Source: Candidatus Dormiibacterota bacterium
GTDB lineage: Bacteria; Chloroflexota; Dormibacteria; Aeolococcales; Aeolococcaceae
DNA length: 64,000 bases
Assembly: GCA_963819095.1 (NCBI GenBank)
Contig: CAWFUO010000009.1
Span: 16,699-80,698 of the forward strand
Direction: 5' to 3'
Shown here: positions 26,722 to 35,484 of the stretch, one piece after another
Numbering within the stretch: the stretch's first letter is position 1
Layout: the number at the start of each line of letters is the position of its first letter
The notes under the pieces: generated by a model
The model's input: only the letters and a program-made list of their open reading frames with translations
The model's database searches: none
What the model was told of the DNA's origin: nothing
Made by a program: the position numbers and the translations under genes

Positions 26722-28793
26722 ATCGCGTAGATGGCTATCCCGCTGTTCATGAACACAGGCTTGGGCATGCCACCGAGCGGCACCACGAAACCGTTGATGC
26801 GATCGACGATGAGGTATGTGACTCCTGCTCTTCGCAAAGCGTCGATACTTCCCGGGCCGCCGTCGATCCACGCCTCAATAAGGCGTGCTCGTGACGCAAA
26901 GGCCTGTATCGTCTGTCCGGAAAGTTTGGCCGCGATATACGCGGGTGCGTAGTCCTCCGTCTGGTAGAACTCGCGGCACTCACAGAGCGCCCCGTACAGC
27001 GCTGCTCCCGGCACGTTGGTTGCAATCACCGTCGATGGGACAGCAACGCGGCTCAACCATGTGAGACCCGCGACGATGTCAGGAGTCACGCGAAGGACCC
27101 TGCCGCCGTCGGACCATGACAGCGTTGGCGGTGACGGGGGCCCGGGGGCACGATACGCTTCCACGCCCTCGTCGACGTGAACAAAGAATTTCGAGGCCCA
27201 GGAAGACCCGTCATCGAACGGCAACGATGGGGCACCACCGACCTTGTGATTCAAACCAATCGCAAGAATCAGGATGGTGATCGCTGCCACAGGCGCCCAT
27301 CGGTTCCACTCCCGGCGCACCAAGAGAGCCGATTCGTAGAGACCGACTCCGGCGACGGGCGCGGCCAGCACCATTGCCATGTAGAGGAAGAACAGTTCGG
27401 ACGATCCAGGGATCGACGTGGCCTCCACGACGACGGACGCGCACACGAGAGCGGCGGCGAGAAACCAACAAAGGTCCAACTCGCCGGACCGCGCGAGCCT
27501 CCAGACGCCAAATCCGAGACCGACCCAGAGGGCAAAGCAGAATCCAATCGGGTAGAAACCCAATCGCAGCCAGGAGGGAAAGCCCAGGAGCTGGTCCGCA
27601 AACGGGCTCAGCCGCGCGACAGCTGCAAACGTGATTGTCGTGGATGCTGCGACCGTCGGGCGAAGAATCACGGGCAATGAGGTGAAACAGAAGACGGCGG
27701 TGAAGACGGCGAGCAAGACGATCTGACGTGACCGCAGCCCGCGAAAACGCAACAGTCTTATTCCAATGACTGCGGCGATGCCAACGAGCAGCAGGAGGCC
27801 GGGCACGCTCTTCGATCCTGCGGCCATGTAGGCAAGGAGGGCGACAACCCACAGATCCCGCACTCGTCCATCGGCAAGGGCCCACCGGAGCGGTAGGAAG
27901 ACAGCTGCAAGAGCCCAGAACCCAGCCAGGGTGCTTGTGCTCAGATCGAGCCCGCTGTAGATGATTGAGCTCCCGAAGCTCAGCTTGCTCGAGATCAACG
28001 AGAAGACGTCGAGCGGCGCAACGATCAACGCAGCAGCGAGGAACCCTGCGGTTGGGCCGCGGATCGTGCGCGCGGAGTTGAACAGGAGCAGGACGAGCAG
28101 CCACACCATGCTCAGTCCCGAATACCGCGTGATGAGGTTCGCGAGCGGAACCTGCACGGCGAGGTTGGCACCGACGGCGGGGCCGTACTCCAATGTGTGG
28201 TACGCATATGGCTGGCCGGAGATGCGTGGATCGGCCGTGTCGAGGTGATCGCGGAACTCGGCTGCCTCGGTGATATGAAACCAGACGTCGGATTGGTACG
28301 TCGGCTGAGGCGACAGTTCGACCAGGTTGAGGACGACGAAGGTGGTCGTGGCGAAGGCCAAGAGGATCGCGAGCAGCAATGCGATCCGTCTCGGGTGCGT
28401 CAGCGGTGCGACTTCACCCTGCCACACCGACTTTCTCCATACAAGCAGGTAGGCGATTGGTATCCACAGCAGAAAGAGCCGGGGAACACCGGCTGTCTTG
28501 GCGAGTTGAATCGACACAACTTCGAGCACGTGCCCCAGTGCCCAGCCGAGCCCGACCCACGTGAGCCAGTCGGCGCGCCATTGGACAAACGCCTGCGCGA
28601 CGAGCGTCCCCGGGAGGACGACCCCGAGAGCCAGGTAGACCGTGAACGAAAGCCACCAAACGATGGAGTCGTGAAGGATGAGCACATAGACAAGGCCTTC
28701 AACGGCCGCGAGCGGCGTGACGACCGCCGCCAGTCCGCGAAACGACAGCCGTAATGGAGGCCTTGCCAGAGATGCGTGAAGTCCCACGGCCAA
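26718..28793 (-). CDS. large polytopic membrane protein, GT-C-like
   Basis: 691 aa. About 13+ helices and a soluble C-terminal domain (VIATNVPGAALYGALCECREFYQTEDYAP...GVTYLIVD), the same architecture as 22552..24813. Its stop shares the palindrome CTAG with the convergent GT2 stop. Confidence 0.6.
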   Translation of the reverse strand: MAVGLHASLARPPLRLSFRGLAAVVTPLAAVEGLVYVLILHDSIVWWLSFTVYLALGVVLPGTLVAQAFVQWRADWLTWVGLGWALGHVLEVVSIQLAKTAGVPRLFLLWIPIAYLLVWRKSVWQGEVAPLTHPRRIALLLAILLAFATTTFVVLNLVELSPQPTYQSDVWFHITEAAEFRDHLDTADPRISGQPYAYHTLEYGPAVGANLAVQVPLANLITRYSGLSMVWLLVLLLFNSARTIRGPTAGFLAAALIVAPLDVFSLISSKLSFGSSIIYSGLDLSTSTLAGFWALAAVFLPLRWALADGRVRDLWVVALLAYMAAGSKSVPGLLLLVGIAAVIGIRLLRFRGLRSRQIVLLAVFTAVFCFTSLPVILRPTVAASTTITFAAVARLSPFADQLLGFPSWLRLGFYPIGFCFALWVGLGFGVWRLARSGELDLCWFLAAALVCASVVVEATSIPGSSELFFLYMAMVLAAPVAGVGLYESALLVRREWNRWAPVAAITILILAIGLNHKVGGAPSLPFDDGSSWASKFFVHVDEGVEAYRAPGPPSPPTLSWSDGGRVLRVTPDIVAGLTWLSRVAVPSTVIATNVPGAALYGALCECREFYQTEDYAPAYIAAKLSGQTIQAFASRARLIEAWIDGGPGSIDALRRAGVTYLIVDRINGFVVPLGGMPKPVFMNSGIAIYAI

Positions 28794-28893
28794 AGAGCTT
28801 ATGCTTCGCCGTCGACTAGGGCGCGGGGCCTGCGGTCACGATCATCTATTCTCCAACAGGCTCTGCCCGACACGTGCCGGTATCAAGGATCCC

Positions 28894-30045
28894 ATGGTGA
28901 CCACCACACCCCTCAGAATTCCATTCAATCGCCCCACGCACACTCAACTCGTCGACCATTACGTCGCTCAGGCCCTGCACAGCGGGCACATCTCCGGGGA
29001 CGGTGATTTCACACGACGATGCCAGGAGTTGCTGAGCGGGCTGCTCGCCGAAGCGACGATCCTGCTGACCACGTCAGGGACACATGCGCTCGAACTGATG
29101 GCGCTGCTGCTCGACATCGGCCCGGGCGACGAGTTCATCGTGCCGTCGTTCACCTTCTCGTCCACGGTGAACGCCTTCGCGCTTCGCGGGGCAACGCCGG
29201 TCTTCATCGATATTCGCCGGGATACGCTCAATCTTGACGAGACCCAGTTGGAGGCGCTCATCACTCCGAGAACGCGAGCCATCGTTCCCGTGCATTACGC
29301 AGGCGTCGCCTGCGAGATGAGTGCAATCCTCGAGATCGCGGACAACCACGGCGTCGCTGTCGTCGAGGACAACGCGCACGGCCTTTTCGGCGCCTATCGC
29401 GGTCAGGCGCTTGGCACCTTCGGAGTCATGGCTGCGCAGAGCTTTCACGAGACGAAGAACTTCTCGTGCGGCGAGGGTGGCGCCATAGTGATCAACGACC
29501 CCCGCTACGTGGACAGAGCTGAGATCATTCGCGAGAAGGGAACCAACCGGCGCAACTTCTTCCGCGGCCTCGTCGACAAATACACATGGGTCGACATTGG
29601 TTCGAGCTACCTTCCGTCAGACCTCCTGGCGGCCATGCTCCTCGCTCAACTCGAGGATCGGGAGTGGGTGTGGGAGCATCGCAGCACTGTCTGGAATCGG
29701 TACGCGGAAGGGCTCGCAGAGTGGTCGCGTCTCAACAATGTGGCACTCCCGTTTGTCCCGGAACACTGTCAGACGCCCTACCATCTTTTCCATATGGTGA
29801 TGCCGTCCGCGCAGTCACGGGATGCGCTCATCGCCCATCTGCGGGCCGAGGGCATCCTTGCCGTTTTCCATTACCAGCCATTGCACCTCTCGCCGTACGG
29901 GCAGAGCATCCAGCCGGTCTCGAGCTGCCCCGTGACCGAGGAGATCAGTGAGCGGTTGATCCGTCTCCCCTTTTACACCAACATGGATCCCATCGATACC
30001 GAAGCGGTGATCGAGTCGGTGTGCGCGTTCGCGGTGGAATCCTGA
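28894..30045 (+). CDS. dTDP-4-amino-4,6-dideoxyhexose (WecE-type) aminotransferase
   Basis: Nearly colinear with WecE: IPFNRP, GDGDFTRRCQELL, PSFTFSSTVNAF, VPVHYAGVACEM, FHETKNFSCGEGGA, IIREKGTNRRNFFRGLVDKYTWVDIGSSYLPSD, FHYQPLH. Start ATG 28894. Confidence 0.85.
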   Translation: MVTTTPLRIPFNRPTHTQLVDHYVAQALHSGHISGDGDFTRRCQELLSGLLAEATILLTTSGTHALELMALLLDIGPGDEFIVPSFTFSSTVNAFALRGATPVFIDIRRDTLNLDETQLEALITPRTRAIVPVHYAGVACEMSAILEIADNHGVAVVEDNAHGLFGAYRGQALGTFGVMAAQSFHETKNFSCGEGGAIVINDPRYVDRAEIIREKGTNRRNFFRGLVDKYTWVDIGSSYLPSDLLAAMLLAQLEDREWVWEHRSTVWNRYAEGLAEWSRLNNVALPFVPEHCQTPYHLFHMVMPSAQSRDALIAHLRAEGILAVFHYQPLHLSPYGQSIQPVSSCPVTEEISERLIRLPFYTNMDPIDTEAVIESVCAFAVES

Positions 30046-30049
30046 CCCC

Positions 30050-30619
30050 ATGATGGAGACGGAGCGCGTGGTCCTCAGCGCGATCGAGCCGGAGCACATC
30101 CCGGCGATCGTGCGCTGGCGAAATCAACCCCAGGTGTACGAAGGATTCATCGAGTACGAGCCGCTGAGCACCACTCGGCAGGCAGCGTTCCTGGCCGGCC
30201 TCACATCAGGTGGCGCACGGAAGCTCTGGATCATCAACGCCCGCAAGAGCCCGACGGCCGATCTCATCCCCATCGGCACGGTCGGGATCGTGGATCTCGA
30301 CTGGCGAAATCGCCGATGCGAGTTCGGACCGATCTTCATCGGCGAGCTGGAGTACCGGGGGCAGGGACTCGCGACGGAAGCCGAGGTTCTGGTGCTCGAT
30401 TACTGCTTCAATCACCTCGGCCTCCACAAGGTGATCGCCCATGTGACTGAAAGCAATGCCGCGGTGATCCCGTTCCACGAGGCCGCCGGATTCAAGCACG
30501 ACACGATGCTCCGCGATCACATCTTCCGGCGGGGTCGCTTCGAAGGGCTGCATCTCATGTCGTGTCTCAGCGGCGAATTCCGCGAGCGCTTCCCGACGGG
30601 GAGGCCTACGAAGCAGTGA
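30050..30619 (+). CDS. GNAT N-acetyltransferase (RimL-like; candidate amino-sugar N-acetyltransferase)
   Basis: IVRWRNQPQVYEGF...IGTVGIVDLDWRNRRCEFGPIF...YRGQGLATEA...HVTESNAAVIPFHEAAGF. It starts 5 nt after the aminotransferase stop. Confidence 0.75.
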   Translation: MMETERVVLSAIEPEHIPAIVRWRNQPQVYEGFIEYEPLSTTRQAAFLAGLTSGGARKLWIINARKSPTADLIPIGTVGIVDLDWRNRRCEFGPIFIGELEYRGQGLATEAEVLVLDYCFNHLGLHKVIAHVTESNAAVIPFHEAAGFKHDTMLRDHIFRRGRFEGLHLMSCLSGEFRERFPTGRPTKQ

Positions 30620-30735
30620 GGACCGCGATTGCCGCGATCAACGCTCCATGGGACGACGCCGATGGGGTAGCAATCCGTTGACAATCTCGAAACCGGGCGG
30701 CCGGGCATGGAGCCGGGGACCAGAATCACTCCCAA

Positions 30736-31776
30736 ATGCCCCATCCGATCCGGGGACGCCGGCGCAAGATCAGCGCTGTCATCGCGTGCTACCGCGACGC
30801 GCCCGCGGTGCCGATCATGCACGAGCGCCTGGTCAAGGTCTTCACGACGCTCGAAGTCGACTACGAGATCATCTTTGTCAACGACGCGAGTCCGGACGAC
30901 GCCGAACAGGTTCTCGCCGGCCTCAGCGACCGTGATCCTCACGTCACAGTCGTCACCCACAGCCGCAACTTCGGGTCGCAGAGCGCCTTCACGAGTGGCA
31001 TGCGCATCGCCACCGGGGATGCCGTGGTGCTGCTCGACGGCGACCTGCAGGATCCTCCGGAGCTCATCGAAGCCTTCTACGCCAAGTGGGTCGAGGGCTA
31101 CGACGTTGTCTACGGGACCCGCGTGGCGAGGGATGCGAACCGGTTTCTTCAGGTCGCGTATCAACTCTTCTACCGTCTGTTCCGGGCGTCGTCGTATGTG
31201 CCGGTGCCGCTGGACGCGGGCGACTTCTCGCTGATCGACCGGCGTGTGGTCGACGCCCTGAACAACCTCCCCGAAACGAATCGCTTCCTCCGGGGACTGC
31301 GTGCCTGGGTTGGCTTCCGCCAGGTCGGCGTGCCGTACCACCGCCCGGAGCGCATGTTCGGCAAGACCACCAACTCCCTCATGCGCAACATCGGCTGGGC
31401 TCGCAAGGCCATCTTCTCGTTCTCGTACATCCCGCTCGAGATGATCACTGTGGTTGGGCTGCTCACCACCATCGCCGCATTCGTCGCCATCGCAGTCGAG
31501 GTTGTGGTGCGCATCGTCAACCCGGCCGCGGCTCCGTCGGGGTTCACCACCGTCATCGTCCTGATCCTCTTCATCGGCGGGATCCAGCTCCTGTGTCTCA
31601 GCGTGATCGGGTCCTACCTCGCGCACATCTATGAAGAGGTCAAGCGCCGGCCGCCGTACATCGTCGCTGACGTTCGCAACCGGCCTTCGCCGGCCCGCAG
31701 TGCGTGGGACGAGCCCGAGCAGTCGGAACCGACTCTGGCGGAGACTCGGGAGGCGAAGCCATCCGCTGTCTTGTAA
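30736..31776 (+). CDS. GtrB/DPM1-like GT2 polyprenyl-phosphate glycosyltransferase
   Basis: ISAVIACY, EIIFVNDASPD, RNFGSQSAF, LDGDLQDPPE, FSFSYIPL, two C-terminal TM helices, IGSYLAHIYEEVKRRPPY. Confidence 0.85.
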   Translation: MPHPIRGRRRKISAVIACYRDAPAVPIMHERLVKVFTTLEVDYEIIFVNDASPDDAEQVLAGLSDRDPHVTVVTHSRNFGSQSAFTSGMRIATGDAVVLLDGDLQDPPELIEAFYAKWVEGYDVVYGTRVARDANRFLQVAYQLFYRLFRASSYVPVPLDAGDFSLIDRRVVDALNNLPETNRFLRGLRAWVGFRQVGVPYHRPERMFGKTTNSLMRNIGWARKAIFSFSYIPLEMITVVGLLTTIAAFVAIAVEVVVRIVNPAAAPSGFTTVIVLILFIGGIQLLCLSVIGSYLAHIYEEVKRRPPYIVADVRNRPSPARSAWDEPEQSEPTLAETREAKPSAVL

Positions 31777-32696
31777 CCGGCGCCGCGGGATTTGTCGGCG
31801 CCAACCTGGTCCGCCGTCTGATCGATGACGGTCACGACGTCTCCGCGATCCTCCAGCCGCTGACCGACACCGGCCGCCTCGACGAACTCGTCGATCTGCG
31901 CCGGGTTGAGGGAGACATCGCCAATCGCGCAGATGTGGAGCGCGCATTCACAAGCGCCCGTCCGGAGTGGATCTTTCACCTGGCCGCTCACGGTGCGTAC
32001 TCGTTCCAGACCGATGTGGTGGCGATGGCGAACAGCAACGTGGTGGGGACGGCGACGATGCTCGCCGCGGCGGAGCGCCACGGCTGCACTGTTCTGATCA
32101 ACACCGGCACGTCGTCCGAGTACGGCGACCGCGACCATGCTCCACGCGAAGACGAACCCTCGCAACCGAACAGCGACTACGCGGCCACGAAGGCCGCTGC
32201 GACATGGCTGTGCCAGCGTGCACGCTCGCGGGGCGTGCCGGTCACGACCCTGCGTCTGTACTCCGCCTACGGACCGTTTGAAGAGGAACGCCGATTGATC
32301 CCGACGCTCGTGCGGGCCGCACTCGCCGGGACATGGCCGCCGCTTGCCTCTCCCACCGTGGTGCGCGACTACGTGTACGTCGGAGATGTCATCGATGCCT
32401 ACATCGCGGCAGCGTCGTCGCCGCACAGAAGCACGATCTTCAACGTGGCTTCAGGAGCCCAGACATCACTTGCGGAACTCGTAGCGACTGCGACGAGATG
32501 CTTCTCGATCGACGTCGAACCCGAGTGGGGCGGGTATCCGAAGCGGCTGTGGGACACGCGCGTCTGGGTTGGTGATCCAGCGTTGATCAAGTCGGAGCTG
32601 GGTTGGGCCGCAACCACCAGCCTCAGCGATGGACTGACCCGGACGGCGGCGTGGCTGGCAGCGCATCCGCTGGAGGCATTCGCCACCGTCAGGTAG
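31704..32696 (+). CDS. NAD-dependent epimerase/dehydratase (extended SDR)
   Basis: LVTGAAGFVGANLVRRL, TSSEYG, YAATK. The only canonical in-frame start (GTG 31704) overlaps the GT2 gene by 73 nt. An ATC at 31761 with GGGAGG 7 nt upstream would give the usual M-R-x-LVTGAAGF N-terminus. Confidence 0.8.
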   Translation: MGRARAVGTDSGGDSGGEAIRCLVTGAAGFVGANLVRRLIDDGHDVSAILQPLTDTGRLDELVDLRRVEGDIANRADVERAFTSARPEWIFHLAAHGAYSFQTDVVAMANSNVVGTATMLAAAERHGCTVLINTGTSSEYGDRDHAPREDEPSQPNSDYAATKAAATWLCQRARSRGVPVTTLRLYSAYGPFEEERRLIPTLVRAALAGTWPPLASPTVVRDYVYVGDVIDAYIAAASSPHRSTIFNVASGAQTSLAELVATATRCFSIDVEPEWGGYPKRLWDTRVWVGDPALIKSELGWAATTSLSDGLTRTAAWLAAHPLEAFATVR

Positions 32697-32714
32697 TTCT
32701 CGCCGGCGGTGAAT

Positions 32715-33617
32715 CTACTGCCGGGATGCGATGAGATACAGGTTGCCGAGCGGCACAGGGATCGTCAGTTTGCCGATGTGACTCCCGCGCAGCATGCCGA
32801 GCGCCAATCTCTTGGCGTGGCTGGGGATCGGAACGAGGTGCGTGATGTAGCCGAGGCTGTACTTGTTGCTCACGGACCCCTGTCGCAGGACCTTGAACCC
32901 TCCCGCCATGAAGATGCGTCGCATCGTCGCCGGGCTGTAGAGGTACGTGTGCTCGATGTCGATGATGGGGCTCCGCTCTTTCATGACATGCGCTGAAACC
33001 GATTCGACGTCGTGGTTGAGGCACAGGATGAGCCCCTCGGGCCGCAGGGCGGCACGACATGCCTCCAGGACGGCTTCGGGATGCGGAACATGATCGAAGA
33101 CTTGGAACAGGCAGACGGCGTCGAATTGACCGTCCTTGAAGAGACCGGGACGCATCACATCGCAGACGATGTGGTCCCTCACGCGAGGCGACGCGTCTCT
33201 GATCGCCAACTCGCTCGGCTCAACGCCACGCACCGTTGTATATCCCTGCGCCAGCGCCTGCTCGAGAAAGAACCCGTCCCCGCAACCGATCTCCAGGAGG
33301 GAATCCTGATGATTGCTGAAGCCCTGGAGCTTGGCGAGATACCGCCCATACGTGGCTTTGAGGTTCGCGGTCTCTGCCTCGTAGTCGAAGGTGCTCTCCG
33401 CGTAGAGATGCGCCAGCGTGGCCTCGTCGAGCACCGGATCGGAGCGCACCAGACCGCAATTCATGCATCGAACCATCCGGTAATGCACGCGATCCGGAAG
33501 CCGGCGCGCAGAGAATCGAGCTGGCGTGATGTCACCGACGTCGAAGTTGGCCGCGTACAGTTCCTTCGCCGGAGCACCGGCGCCGCAGATGGCACAGTGC
33601 GTCGCCTGGAACTGCAT
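32715..33617 (-). CDS. SAM-dependent methyltransferase with N-terminal Cys4 zinc-ribbon
   Basis: CAICGAG...MVRCMNCGLV (C-x2-C...C-x2-C), then LLEIGCGDGFFL motif I and DAVCLFQVFDHVP. Start set to ATG 33617 (MQFQATHC). Confidence 0.75.
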   Translation of the reverse strand: MQFQATHCAICGAGAPAKELYAANFDVGDITPARFSARRLPDRVHYRMVRCMNCGLVRSDPVLDEATLAHLYAESTFDYEAETANLKATYGRYLAKLQGFSNHQDSLLEIGCGDGFFLEQALAQGYTTVRGVEPSELAIRDASPRVRDHIVCDVMRPGLFKDGQFDAVCLFQVFDHVPHPEAVLEACRAALRPEGLILCLNHDVESVSAHVMKERSPIIDIEHTYLYSPATMRRIFMAGGFKVLRQGSVSNKYSLGYITHLVPIPSHAKRLALGMLRGSHIGKLTIPVPLGNLYLIASRQ

Positions 33618-33636
33618 TGCCACGCGTGTGGCGGCC

Positions 33637-34557
33637 TCAGGCTGGGACGAGGCCAATCTGTCGCACAGCGGCGAGCAATCCATCGACGTCGAGACCGTTG
33701 CGGTGTCGCAGAAAATCCTCTGACCCGGTGGTTTCACCCGCCGCGTCGGTCACCCCGCACCGGACCAGGCGCACACCCAGGCCGTGATCGGCGATCGTCT
33801 CCGCCACCAGCGACCCCAGTCCGCCGACCGGTCGGTGATCCTCGATGGTGATGCATGCGCGTTTCGTCGACAGGAGCGCGAGCAGGTCCTCAGTGGGCGC
33901 GGGGGCAATCGACGCCGCCACCGCGACTGCCGCTGGAATCCCCTCCGCCTGCAGTCGCCGGCGCGCTTCGAGCGCGACCCCGGTCATCGAGCCCACCGCA
34001 ACGATTGCGATGTCACCATCGCCGATGACCTCGAGGCGGCCCCAGCGAAACCGTCCGTTCAGCTCGGGGTGACTCGCGGTTTCCTTGGCCAGGCGGAGAT
34101 ACATCGGCTGCGGGCGTGCGTAGTGATCCCGCAACGCGCGATCCGCCTGGCCGTCGTCCGCAGGCGCGATGATGCCGACGCCGGGCTGGACTCGCATCAG
34201 CGCGATGTCCTCGAGCGCATGATGCGTGGGGCCGGCGGTTCCATACGCGAAGCCGCCGCCGATGGCGACGATGCGGACGGCCAGTTGATGGAGCACCGCA
34301 CCGTTCCGGAACTGCTCGTAGCCGCGCATCGATGCAAAGGTTGCGATGGAATAGCAGAACGGGATCAGGCCCTCGTGAGCCATGCCGGCTGCGAGCGACA
34401 TCATGTTCGCCTCCGCCACACCGACATTGAAGAAGCGGTCGGGATGGCGGTCGGCGAAGGGCTCGAGCACCATGAAACCCAGGTCCGCGGTGAGCAGGAC
34501 CACGCGATCGTCGCGATCGGCGATGTCGATCAGCGTGGAGACGAACTGCTTTCTCAC
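33637..34557 (-). CDS. transketolase family protein, C-terminal (pyrimidine-binding) subunit
   Basis: LTADLGFMVLEPFADRHPDRFFNVGVAEANMMSLAAGMAHEGLIPFCYSIATF. GTGA overlap with the N-terminal subunit gene. Confidence 0.85.
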   Translation of the reverse strand: MRKQFVSTLIDIADRDDRVVLLTADLGFMVLEPFADRHPDRFFNVGVAEANMMSLAAGMAHEGLIPFCYSIATFASMRGYEQFRNGAVLHQLAVRIVAIGGGFAYGTAGPTHHALEDIALMRVQPGVGIIAPADDGQADRALRDHYARPQPMYLRLAKETASHPELNGRFRWGRLEVIGDGDIAIVAVGSMTGVALEARRRLQAEGIPAAVAVAASIAPAPTEDLLALLSTKRACITIEDHRPVGGLGSLVAETIADHGLGVRLVRCGVTDAAGETTGSEDFLRHRNGLDVDGLLAAVRQIGLVPA

Positions 34558-35336
34558 CCGATCTCCTCCACCGCCTGCGCGTACTGCGTCTCGTCCACAG
34601 GCAGGTAGTGCCACTTGACCTGCCGTTCCATGAAGCTCACACCCTTGCCGGCGACGGTGTCAGCGATCACGAACAGCGGCTTGCGCGGGACGGTTACTGC
34701 AACGGCATCGGTCAGATCGGCGACGACGTGTCCGTCCACTCGACGGCACTCCCATCCGAGCCCTGCAACGAGGGCGCTCATGCCACTCAGATCGATGACC
34801 TCGGCGGTCGGTGCCAGCGCCTGCTGACCGTTGTTGTCGAGGATTACGGTGAGATTCTCGAGACGGTGATGCCCGGCAAACATCAATGCTTCCCACACCG
34901 AACCCTCGTTGAGCTCCGCGTCGCTCATGAGCACGACCACCCTTCCGGGCTTGCCGGCGATGCGTTTGGCCAGCGCGACGCCCGCACCGAGCGATGGACC
35001 CTGGCCGAGCGAGCCCGTTGAGAAGGTGATGCCGGTTAGCGTGTGATCGGGGTGGACTCCCAGCTGGCTGTCGTCGCCGCAATAGGTGTCGAGCATCTGG
35101 CGGCTGATGACCCCCAGCTCGGCAAGCACGCAATACTGCGCAAGCGCCGCGTGGCCCTTCGAGAGGATGAAGGTGTCCCTCTCAGGATCGACGATTCCCG
35201 AGAACAGGGCAACCAAAATGTCGACGATGGACAGCGCGGAGCCGATGTGGCCGACATGCGCGCGTTTCGACTGCTCGATGATCAATCGCCGGATGCGCAC
35301 CGAGCTGAGAGCAGGGGCCGTGCCAACGCCTGTCAT
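34554..35336 (-). CDS. transketolase N-terminal (ThDP-binding) subunit
   Basis: GHIGSALSIVDIL...LSKGHAALAQY...TGSLGQGPSLGAGVALA...VLMSDAELNEGSVWEA is the split-transketolase TktA-N pattern. Confidence 0.85.
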   Translation of the reverse strand: MTGVGTAPALSSVRIRRLIIEQSKRAHVGHIGSALSIVDILVALFSGIVDPERDTFILSKGHAALAQYCVLAELGVISRQMLDTYCGDDSQLGVHPDHTLTGITFSTGSLGQGPSLGAGVALAKRIAGKPGRVVVLMSDAELNEGSVWEALMFAGHHRLENLTVILDNNGQQALAPTAEVIDLSGMSALVAGLGWECRRVDGHVVADLTDAVAVTVPRKPLFVIADTVAGKGVSFMERQVKWHYLPVDETQYAQAVEEIG

Positions 35337-35484
35337 CGCATCGCGTTTGGGGGCTTGCAGCGCCCGCGATCTGATCTCAAAGCCGCCTGAGTGTATGTCC
35401 AGGTCAGACGCCGGTCAGATGCCGGAACACAGAGGCGACACGGTTGTCAGTCAATCGTGGGATTGAAGGGTGCGCGTGTCTCTT

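Noticed and set aside
30050-30619. Assigning the second GNAT as pseH instead of 19162..19665.
   Set aside because: Both are RimL-type GNATs. The 19162 gene overlaps pseI, while this one follows the WecE-like aminotransferase by 5 nt, so position favours the split given. The assignment remains uncertain and is not resolvable by eye.
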